From Endomicrobiales bacterium (GTDB lineage: Bacteria > Elusimicrobiota > Endomicrobiia > Endomicrobiales > JAFGIL01), in the NCBI GenBank assembly GCA_016929635.1, contig JAFGIL010000010.1, forward strand, positions 829 to 64,828: 64,000 nt of DNA, read 5' to 3'. Within the stretch, counting starts at the first letter, position 1. Each line of letters starts with the position of its first letter. The position numbers and the translations under genes were made by a program. The notes beneath the pieces are model-generated. The model saw only the letters and a program-made list of their open reading frames with translations, was not told the DNA's origin and made no database searches. Positions 21,901 to 33,900 of the stretch are shown piece after piece.

Positions 21901-24900
21901 AGGTTTACCAGTTCCTCCTCTTTTGTTTCCCTTTGTGCCATGAATTCAGCGCTTGTTTCTTCGTTAAACCTTTCAGCCATCATTGCTGATAGGTATCTTA
22001 CCATGCCTAATACCTGCAAACTTTTTTGCCTCTGCGCCTTTGTTTCCGGCTTGAATCTCTTTAAGAGACGCCCGTACTCCATCATCACATATTCCCTTAG
22101 TGTAGCAGGGGTTGCAAGTTGTGCACCAAGTCCAACTTGTGATAGCTCGCCAGGATCATCTGCATTAAGCCATTCAGTCCTATTACTTCTTCTTTCAAGT
22201 GGCTGCGCGTACCTTTGTATATTCGCAAAATCACCGTTAGCATCAAGAAATATTTTATATCCTGCACCTTCTAACTGCACTGTAATATCTCCAGTGCTAT
22301 CCCTATGCCATGTTAAATAACTTCCCAATTTGCTTGGATACGTTACTCTATTTTCCCTAACAATCAGAACTCCTTTTTCTATAAGATTAGTTGCAACTTT
22401 TGCAAACTCATTTGTATCCAAATCTTGTAATTCATCTTCCCGAAGTGTGTCATCTCGTGTAGCAATAATTTGTTTAGCAACATCCGACATTGCACTTTCT
22501 TCAGTCTCCGGCTCAACAATACTTGATAAAGCACCTGCCTCCGGCGTGCCAATTGAATCTACATCATTTGCCTCTATAGCATCAAGGAAAGCCTGACGGT
22601 TTGCATCCTGCATGAAAGCCTTCCTGGATATAGTAAATGTCCCAAGAAGGTCCGGGTCAAGAGGCGTTTCTGCTTCCGGTCGGGACATACCTTTTTCTCC
22701 TCTAAGCACACTATAATAAGCTGCTTTAGGGCCTGATATTTCCAGCATCCACTCATCAGATTCTCTATCCATGAAAAACCTTACTCTTTTTATTGATGGA
22801 TTAAAAGTTGCAATTTCATCAGCAAAATGTATTGCCAAATCAACAAAATCCTTAAAATCTTCTAATAAATGGTATTTATCTCCATCAGTTCCTTCAACTT
22901 TAACATCATAATTGACAAAGTATTTATCTTTAAATGCAAACAAATCTACACCTTCTAAAACTGTACGAACAAGCTCTCCATGAAAACCGGTTATACCCGC
23001 AGATACTGCATGGTCCATTGCTGCCTGCATACGACCTTCTTGTTGAATCCCGAATTTTTCAAGTATTACCGGCACAAACCTGTCATGCGTAACAGTAACA
23101 GTCCTTTGTGCAGTAACAGCACCTCCATGTCTTCCACCTTCTATTGTTGCAGTAAGTATTCTTATTAATCTAGAAACCATGGATTCCCTGGCATTTCTCT
23201 CGACAAGATCCACTAAATAATCCCCTGCTAATTCGCCGGCCGCATATACTCTATTACCAGTTAAATCATTTAAGCTTAAATCCATTCCTGTCCTAACTTC
23301 GTTTGGACTGACAGCTGCACGCCAAATATATGCTATCGGACTTTCTGCGGGAGAAATTTGCCCTAGTGGAATACTGTCATATATAACAGGATACTTACCG
23401 GTTGCAGCCCGTAGTATAGTCCGCAGGACTGCTTCATTTCCTGTTTCGCGGGCTCTGTTTATTGTATACAAATCCAGGTCGCTTAAAAATGTATCTCTGG
23501 TTCTGTCTTCATTATAAAGATTTTCGACAAGCACTGCTTCCTGCGTTGAAAGCCCGGCTATATGTATTAACAGAGGGTACGCTATTGCCTGGGCAATAGC
23601 GTTGGGGCTTGCACTGTCAAGAAATCCTTCCAAAAGATCTATACTAAGAACCAAACCGTCTTCAGTAGCCCTGAAATTAACCATTGATACACCGGGAGCT
23701 GTTTCATTTTTACGTGTAAAAGTATCGCCAGGCACTTTTTTAACTTCAACTTTTACCCGCAGTCCTTTATTAATCCCGGCTTTTAACTCTACTGTTTCTC
23801 CCTCCAGTGCCTGTACTATTGCTGTATGCTCAGCTTGAGTGCGTTCACGAATAATATCCTGAACTTCATTTATTAATCCAGCATCAACTTCCTGAAGTTG
23901 GGATTCCCTTATTCCTTTACAAATCCTTTGTAAACCAACATCACTGTCTACAGTCTCTCCCAGTCCTATTCTTACTGCCTCATAAACTTGCCTGCCCGAT
24001 AATTTATTAAGTCTACCTTCATAATACTCAAGGAGTCTTCTTGCAAATAACTTCATACGTTGAGAAATAACATCATCTGCTGAAACCTCTCTCTGCATAA
24101 TAGTTAATAATAGATTCACCTCTTCCTGCAAAAGGATAGATGGTATATCTGATGTTTTTTCACCATGTTTCCTTTCCCCCCAAATTGTACTATCCTCATC
24201 AAACTCCATTAAATTTGGGTATCTAAAATTAACATGAAAACGCTCATCAAACCTCAATACTTCAAAAAGGTCAGAAAAGAAACGAATAGGCCTGCCCTGA
24301 TATTCAGCAATAGGTTGCTGGTATTCCCGTAAAACTGCCCAGGCAAAATTAATTACCTTCTCTGTTGGAGTTCCTTGATACTTTGAAGGTATCCCGTCTG
24401 GATATGATTCCACACACGCATATGACAGCAATCGTTGCACAGCATCACTGGACAGGGGTCTGTCAATCAAAATCGAAACAGAGAAATCTCCGCTGACTAC
24501 ATCAGCAACAGAAGGCCAACGTGCTATTATAACACCACCCTGTTCAAGTAAATCGCGGATTCCTTGAACTCCTTCACCTACAACTCTATTCTCAATTTCT
24601 TGTCGCTTTCTTTCTTTTTCCTGTCTTGCGAATTCTTCTGTATAGCCGCTCGTGCTTATAGTTCTACGCCTCGCCGTTATTTCTACCACATGGCCTTTAT
24701 CAAATTTGAATGTATACGTCTGTTTTTCAACAGTTACAGTAACTTCACCTCTGTCAACTAATCTACCAGCGCCAATGATATCTTTCAATTTTTGCGTTGG
24801 GACAACGTTATGCTCTATACGTCTTCCCTTAAAAAGAGTATCCTCGATAATGGTTTCTACTTCAAGAAATCCATTACTAATTAATTCCTCTACAACAGCT

Positions 24901-27900
24901 ATATCATCTAAATCCCCGGCACGTCCCAGTATTTCACCAAGTTCTATTGCTTCAGCAGATTCTGCCATTCCGGAAGGCTTAGCTTTAGCAGCCTCAACTA
25001 CATTAGCTTTCAGCAAAGGAAAACCCTGGGTGTTAACCTTATTTCCTTTTAAAGCATTAACTACAACAACTATCATATCAATCAAATTATCATCCGCTAC
25101 TTCATCAAAAGTTTCTCTATCAAAACTATAAACTTTTCTGTCTATTGCTTCCCGCACTTTTTCTGCAGTAATTTCCTTGCTTTCCTGGATTACGTCATCC
25201 TCTAAAACGTTTCCTAAATTGAAATCTATTCTAGAATAATCTGACTGCGCAACTACTACTCCCATAACCCTGTTAAATACTTCTTCAGGTGAAAATTCAT
25301 AAGTAGTCCTATACACACCAAATGTATATTCCTCCTGCTTGTTTTGATAAAAAATAGCAGAAATCGAAAAGCCACGCAGCATACCTTCCCTTACTTTAAC
25401 TAGATATACTTCTTTACCAATTTCAATAACACCCAAACCGATTCCATTGCCTATAAGATTAAGCAGTTTTTTTGTTGGCTGAAATTTATCTTGCCCTATA
25501 TCACTTCTTGTTTTTTCCAAATAACCTGCTTTAACCAGTTTAGATGCCGGAGAAGCCCCCCCTTTGCCAAAAAACAGCCTTGCATCAGGTGTGACCAAAT
25601 TGTGGATTCCATGTCTGACGGCGTTTGCAAGATACATAGCACCCAGCGCCAATCCTAAATTACCACTTAATCCCGCAACTATCCCTCCAACTAACAATGT
25701 CCAAAAATTTACAGCTAATATGCCTCTTGCCCGCTTCCTCTGCGCTTCATCATAATCCCCTGATAGAACTAAAATCAAAGACCTTTTGCATAAAATTATC
25801 ATATTAAACATTATTAGATTTACTGGAGAAATTCCGGCAGCCATCAATGCCCAACTAGTAACACCTTGAAATATTATCCACGTACCTGCTATTAAACTTT
25901 TAGCAACAATCCTAGAAGTAGTATCTGTCCCTTCCCCTCTGTGTAATTCATGAAATACTTCCGGTACTAAAAAGCCCAGAAACTCAACAATTGCCGGAAA
26001 GATAACAGTTACAAACGTACCTTCTTCATCCAATCCCAGTTTCCCCGCTATCCACTGGCCCATTCTCTCCGTAATTGGAAGCATTAATTGTTCACTATCT
26101 ACAGCAGTGGCGACGAGTGTATCACCAGATTGAGGAGCAACAGGATGACGTTTCAGCCATTCATCCATTTGTGCTAACCATTCATCTATCTGAGAAGTTG
26201 TTAACTCCACACCTGCGTTTTTTAAAGTAACCATATGGTCTGGCGGGGCTGTGTTAAGTTCTGTCAAATCAATAAATAGTTGATCATCTAAGTCTGTGAT
26301 TGCCCTTATAAGCTCCCTTGTCATTACCTGAAGTCCGTCTTGCTCTGCTAAACGACTAAGAAGAGATTCAGTTTCTCCGGTTTGTTCACGATTTTTTACT
26401 AAATTACGAATCATCCGCGCAATTTCCGGCTGATATATCTGCAATCTTAAATATTGCACAGCCATTTCATTGCCGCCTTCCTGTCGTAGTTCCTCCAGAA
26501 ACCGCGGTAATGTTTTTAAACTGTCAATTTCTGCCAAAATCGTTTCCGGACTAACAATAGTGACTTTACCTAATGCTCGATTCTGCGCCAACTTTGCTCT
26601 ATGTTCTTGACTCTTATATATAGCTGCTAACTCATAATTCCTAAATACTTCCCCGGCAATTCTTGCTAGTTCATAATATATATCACCGATATTAGCCCAT
26701 ACAACATCAAGTTGAGGATTTAGCAAAGCAGCTCTCCTGAAATGCTTTAAAGCTTCCCCTGGATCATAACTTTTATAACAAGTACCTAACGCATTATGAT
26801 AACCTGCTTCCTGCGGATTTGCAGCAATAAGCCTTTCGATGACTTCAATACGTTTATCCGTTTCTCCTGTTCTGGAATAAACCCTATCCAATTCCTCAAG
26901 AGCGTTTATATGATTAGGATTTTGTTCTAAAGCTACTGTGAAAAACATTTCTGCATTTGTTAAATATCTGGACCTGTCAGTTTCTGATGTGCCTGCTAAA
27001 TCCGCTAATTCATAACTCACTACCCCGGAGCGATAGTATGCTTCAGAATTGTTAGGATTAAGTCTTAGTGCTTGAGAATAAAATTCTAAAGCTGCTTTAT
27101 AATTTCTAATCCTTTCATACGCATAACCGAGATTAAACCACACAGCTGCTTCACGAGGTAGAATTATCGTTAACTCTTTATAGACTTCAGCAGCTCTTCT
27201 ATAGTATCTCTCCGTACCACGCCTTAAACAGAGTAATCCAAGCCTGCTCAATAAGGATATATCCTTTTGCTCAGGAGATTGTTCATTTGATAACCTTACT
27301 GCTTCTTCATAACACTCAATCCCGTCATCATAACTGCCAAGATTACTATAGCAATCCCCAAGAGCTGACCATGCGTCAATCCTGTCAGGAGCAGCTTCAG
27401 TCAGTCTTTTTAATACATACTCTGCGCTTCCGTAATTTTGCTGGCCCAAATAAATGTTAGCTAAATCAACTAATGCCGCAACATCTTTATATCCTGTTTC
27501 TGCCAATCTTTGCCTTAATGCATTGATTTCACTACCTTCATCCTGCACCGGGGCAGTATGTTCTGTACCATCTCTCTTTCCTGTAAGTGCAACTTGCTCT
27601 AAACCCTGGTCAAATCCCAACAAAGTGACAATCCTATTTACTAATTCTAAATTTTCTTGATCACCATCAAAATAACTTAATGCTCTTTTAAATTTTGCAA
27701 GAATATCAGCATTACTAAGATGCATTTTAATCATACCAGAAAGTTCACCACTTTCTTCAATAATTCTTAGAGCTCTTAAAGGATCTATTTGTATTAAAAT
27801 TATAAAGCTTCTAACTCTTGATACATTTACAAGTAATTCAGCTCGTGTTTTTGTTACCTCTTCTAATGCATCAGCAACTACTTGTGATTGCAGATTTGCC

Positions 27901-30900
27901 ACATCTACGCTTTCTAACCGTTCCAGCAAATACACAATTTCAGGTCTATGATTCGGTCTTGTACCTTCTATGCTTACACCTAAACTTTCTAAGAAATCTC
28001 TTATACTCTTCGCTTTATTGCCATCATCTAAACCTTCTGCTAACGGAGAAATTAAAACCCGTAATATAATAGCTATATCATTTATAGTTAAGCGTTCTAA
28101 ATCTAAATCACTTAGTCTGCCTATTAGACTATCTACATCCGCAATAAAGGCAGTATCTAATGAAGACGAAATATCCACGGGCATAACTCCTGCATCACTT
28201 CCTTTTAGTCCCTCTAAAACACGTGGAAGTACTTTGAGAGATTCACCAACTGACAAACCTAAACCACCAACCAAATCATGGATTAGAATTAATGGTTTAT
28301 CATCATCCAAAGTTTCATCCAGTTCATCCAACATATCTCTTAAAGTTGGATCTAAATACATTTCAACATAATCTTCTACATCTTCAATAGATAATGTACC
28401 ACCATCTACTAATTTTCTGAGCCTTTCTGCTAGTGTATCTGCTGCATCTTGACTAACAAATAGTCTTTCCTCCGGGTCATGCGTAAGGTTCCATGCGGCG
28501 TGGGCTATGATGTTTGCAAGTTGGTCTATAGTCAGTCCTTTAGCAGCTGCTGCGGGATTTGTAAACTGCAGCCATTCATCTATAGATGTTAATACTAAAT
28601 CAGCTAAATCTGTAGGATTTAAACCTTTCAATGCTTTACGTTCTGCTTCTGGTAAAACCTCTTTGTCTTCTATTATGGCTCTCGCCACTTTAATCGCTTT
28701 ATCACGGGCGGTCTTACAATCTGTAAAAGTGAGTTCTCCTGCAATGTTTATTGAAGTCTGGATGAATATCATACCGCGCGTCAACGCATCCCTGTCGCTT
28801 TCCGGGCTATGTCTTGATAAAAATTCCTGGAATACCTCTCCGTTTTCACCATTTGCAATATAATCTGCCAATGCTGCTGTAACGTCATCAAGTTCCGCTA
28901 CAGGAGCAAAGCGTTCAGCTGCTTCTTTTGCATATATCTCCAACTCTTCTGGCTCTAATTCTTCTAACGAACGTCCGTACTTTAACAACACATACTCCCG
29001 TAATGTACCACGGGTAAGAATTGGCACACCAACACCTGATCCAACACGAATAGGACGGAAAAATACATCAGGTGCAACATGTCTATCATCAACTCCCAAA
29101 ACCGCTGCAGAAGCTTCTAACTCTACTTTCTGTCCAATCTCCAATTTTGCCCTTTCCAACAACTGATCAATTGTGGAAGGAGACATTGTTATTGCTGATA
29201 AATTGGAGCCCTGCCTTCGCGACAATATATTAAATAAAGGTACCGAATCCGATGCACCATCTATATGAATGCCTGGACACTCCGTACCAACTCTTTCCAA
29301 TGCAGATAAACTTACATTTTTTGACACCCCGGTTGGTGTTTCTACTACAAGAATGCGTTCTAAAATTTCTTTATCCAACGCTTCTTCAATGTCATCCAAA
29401 AAACAATATGGAGTAATGGTAACCAGTATGTTGTTTTCCGAGCAGTAATCTAAAAAAGCCATAAACTTAGATTTATTAGCTCTTAATTCAACGGGGAATT
29501 TTTTAGGGTCAAGGAATTCATCCAAGATTGTATCCCAATCAAAAGAAATCACGGCAACGGGTTTTTCCGGTATAAGCTCCCTCGAATCGTATGTCATATT
29601 AAATGCTGTGTGGGCACAGATATTGGCAAGTTGCTGCGCATTAAGATCGGAAAGATTAAGGTTCACAAGCCTTAAGCCCCTGAGTGTGTTTACAATTATC
29701 TTGATTATTAACAGAATTCTGTTTTGTTTTATTACAGTTTCTTCCTGCAGGATTGCCTTTGATATATCCCTTGCAACCCTAAACAGAGCAAAAACATTTA
29801 CAGAGTTCAGTGAGGCTGTTTCAACAAGAACTCTGTGAATAATGTCAATACCGCTTGCAAGCCTTAGGCGTTTATTAGCCCATTCGGCATCATCCATACC
29901 TTCGGGCTTGTGTGCATTGAGGAACCTATTCAATTCTGCATAGGAATTACGGCCTATTGATTTTGCAGCAACAACCGCCGATACATTCCCAAGTTCATCA
30001 AATATTTTCTCTAAATCACCCATCTCGGCTGACGGTGCATACCGCTCGGATGCTTCTTTTTCGAGTCTTTCCCGTTCTTTTGGATCTAACTCATCCCAGC
30101 TGTCCCACTTGGCTTGGCCATATTGTAATATCACGTAAGCTTTAATATTGGCTTGTGTTGTTAGTCTTTCATTGCGATACGGTTCATATACTGCATTTAC
30201 CAGCTGAGTAGCTTCTTTTGCAAAAGAAGCCTGGTTAATGTCTGTGTGGAAATAGCGCACTAATTTTCTGTATACTTTCTTCTTCGTCATTTGCGGGTTA
30301 ACTGAATTTAATATAGTATATGTTATTGATTGCGGCTTCTGCGCGACAACGGCTTGTATAACTTGTGCTATTTTAACCAACATCTCTGCATTAAAAGTTA
30401 TCCCCTCTGGATATGAATCTCTGGAAAGAGCATCCTGAATAATCCTTATTACACGCCCTAACTCTGTTAAATCTACTGCAAGTTCATTACTGCTGTATGA
30501 ACTTAGATATTTTTCAAGCTTTTTGTAAGCATCCATCTTGGGATCTTGTTCTTTCGCTTTTGGTGCTGCTTGTTTATATTTTTGCTCTGGTTCGTTAGGA
30601 ATACTTCCAAAAAGGTGTTCTAACAGATTTTTCCACTTTTCGGAAAAAGTTTCCAGAGCACCAGTAATCTCAGTGAGATTACATTGCGCAAACAAACTGG
30701 CGAAATAATCTGCAGTTGGATCTAATATATCTTTAATAAGTATCGTATCCATCTGCTGTATTAAAAATAGAATAGCAAGAGGCCTGTCCCTATCTGACAC
30801 ACCTGCTAAAAATCTATTTACCTCATAACCAAGCTTCTTGAATTGAGCAAGCTCCTGTTCGGTATAACCGGCAGTTATAGGAATCTCTAATGACATACCA

Positions 30901-33900
30901 TTAACATTAACGTGAACAGATAGTTCATAAAACGTTTCATCATGAAGAGTATAATTTCTTATGCGGGTATTCCGCGTTTTAATTGCACCCTCTTCACTAC
31001 GCAGATATAAACCTCTCAATACAATATATAATCTCTGCGCTAATTTTGCATTATCTAACTCATCCCTCCTCTCTTCAGCTTCCGCTAAATATTCAATATA
31101 CCAGGGATTAAAATATAGGTCCATTCTACTAGTTATTTCTGCCATCTGTATCGGCTCAAAAAATGCTGGGACATCAGTCTTAATAATATTTTTGATTTTC
31201 CATTTTTTCTCAATAGCTTGTAATAAAAATTCAATTTCTTCGCTTCTGCCATGCAAGACGGTTCTTGTATCTAGCAGCTTCTCAATATCATCAATGACTC
31301 CTCTTAAAACAGGAATTCTTGCAAGGTCATATCCTTTTTCCACGAAGTCAATTATCTGTGAAGCATAGGCGTCTAACTGCTGATTTCTATCCATCATCAG
31401 CAATGAAGGTACGGCCCTGAGTGCGATGTTTTTGCCTTGTTCCACCCTTGATTTATTAGTTATTACGAACTTTCCATTGCTGTATATAATAGAAGCTTCT
31501 GATATTGTTGAGAGCGAGGAATTGGGAATGCTCAATATCTGCATACCGCCACTGCTGGAAAATTCCAGAGAGGTTTCTTTCTCTCTTACTCCTACTGAAC
31601 CCACAATACTGAAAGGAATGCTTTCATCACCTGCAACAACCGTTGTTGTAAATTCCTGTCCTGTATTGGGATCAACATATCTTATTTCCAATCCGTCATC
31701 TGTATGCCTGTATTCAAGCACTGACCTCTGGCTTGCGCTGCCAAGCCAAATATGCCCTGCTGTGCCTTCAGGAATAGACGCATCAATTCCTGGCTCTATC
31801 ATAAAAGATGTCGGCGTCTGCATTAAAAGCGGTATAGCCATATTTCTTGCCATGTTAAGGCTCTGCATATTAAACCGCATATGAGTAACAACATTTGCAA
31901 CCCATATCGCGGTTTTTGTAGGCATCCAAAACAGCAACCCGCCCCAAATACCTGACCTGGTTGCGGCCATTATCATTGCCCTATTGATTTCATCGAGTCC
32001 GATTTCCCGTTCTTGTCTATAAATATCCGATAATCTATGGCCTCTATGAAAGTCTGCTACTTGTTTGTTGTTTATAGTTGGCAACAGGTTTACAGCATTC
32101 AGTGTAAGATTTTTTACTGAATCTAAAACAGGAGAAAAACCCAGCATAGTGGTTATCTGTCCTGACTCCTTGATTGCCGCGATACGAACTGCCAGCCCTA
32201 GTATAAACCACTGGCCCCTGCTCAAACCCGCATTTGCATAGTAGTTGCTGACAATATTTCCAAGGTCTCCGAATAAAAATCTGAGCACAAATCTGTTTTT
32301 CAGCCAGGAAATCGTCTCATTGTTCATAAGAGTTGCTCCCGGCCTGCTTCTTAAAACCTCTGTAGCATACGGAGATAGAGTAACACGCTGTCCATTGACA
32401 TCAACTGTAGCAGAAACCATTTCCGCTTCTTCCTCTTTCTGTTCCGCTTTTCTGGTTAATTCATGAATCTCATCCAATTGGCTTCTTCTCAGTTCCTTTA
32501 AAACGTTTAAAAACCTGGTGTGCCCGGGAATAGCAGCCTCTTTTGGAGTGGATGCTGCTATCTTGGCGTACAACGCCTCTGCTTCCGCTATTTTGTTGCT
32601 GTTGTAAAACGCACTATTAATAGCTGCCTGGCACCTTCTGTGCAATTGCAGCAGGCCCTGATAATCATCTAAAGGCGGGACTTCCCATTCTCCCAGCCTT
32701 AATGAATCGACTAACGTTCTCCTTTGGGTGGCCAGGCATTCAACAAGGAAATGAATCTGCATCCTCATCCGGCGCGGAACCTTATAGGAATACATCAGCT
32801 GTACCAGATCCCTTAACTTACCGATTTCCTTATCCAGCGGGAGGATGGCATCACCAATGTTAATACGGTCTATGTTAGACTGTATCTGGTCAATCTTGGC
32901 AAATATAAGCCCTAGCCTTTTTTTCTGGACGTCGCTAATATTTGGTATAGCATTCACTCTGTCCCTTAACGCCCTGCGTATTTTTTCAAGCACTGCGGGC
33001 ACCTGTTTTTTCCTTTTACCCACTTCCAGGTTCTGCAGTTCAGGATATTCCTCAGGCTTAGAGAATGCTTCCGATTCAACTATCAACTGGGCTATGGCAG
33101 ACTCCCATGCTTCTAAATCCTGCTGCTGTTGAGCACCCAACGATGCCGGTACAGCTCTTTCGTAATATAGATCTATTTCCAAATCTCTTATGATTTCCAT
33201 TGCTTTATAAACATCGCCATTATCAAGCGCAGCTTGAGCTTGCTTTATTTTACCTCTAAAATCCGGCTTGTAGCTGCCAAGCTCTTCGATCCATTGCGAA
33301 AGGAGACCATGCATGTTTTGAGCCGGCACTCTAGTCCTGCGGCCGGAAGCTATGGACTTCATAAGCTCTATAACAAAAGCTCTTTTCCCCGATCTGTTCA
33401 ACTTCTTCATTATTTCCCTTATTTGATTAGAATCATACTCATAAACTTCCATGCCTCCATACCACCACTGGAGGTATTCAATGTTTTCCGAGCCGCGCCA
33501 ACCGCGGTATTTATGCAAGTTTAGATATGCATGAACTGCCCACGATAATAGAGCGCCTACCATAATACTATTCGCGATAAATAAACTTGAACCAAAGCCA
33601 AATGCAAACCTCTGCCAGAATCCCCTGCTGGCAAGGACATCTGCTGAAAACGCAGCCCTTATCCAGCCAAGAATTCCTGTCCATCCTTTTTCTGCCATAA
33701 CAGCTCTGATATTTGCCCTTACATCAGGATGCAGCACAGCAAATATCCATCCTATCAACAATGGTGCGATAATGCCTGTTGGGTCAATGAATGAAGCAAC
33801 TAACGTGCCAATGGTCAAAGCAAAAGTTTCAATAATCGGAGCGCCTATAACAGGATGTACCACACGGTACTCTATTGTTTCCCATCCTGTTAATCCTTCT

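Noticed and set aside
29230-29570. HAD-phosphatase-like motif string in the giant protein (VAVISFDWDTIL ... ILVTITP ... HIDGASD).
   Set aside because: DxDxT alone is short and common, and the downstream motifs II-IV are only loosely matched. This is too weak to call without a profile search.
17935-31884. Longer plus-strand ORFs inside the giant gene (e.g. 17935..18372, 21778..22320, 24652..25131, 27970..28371, 30961..31368, 31426..31884).
   Set aside because: All lie entirely within the 23.5-kb minus-strand ORF. They have the Ser/Leu/Ile-rich look of antisense shadows, no recognisable motifs and no SD sequences.
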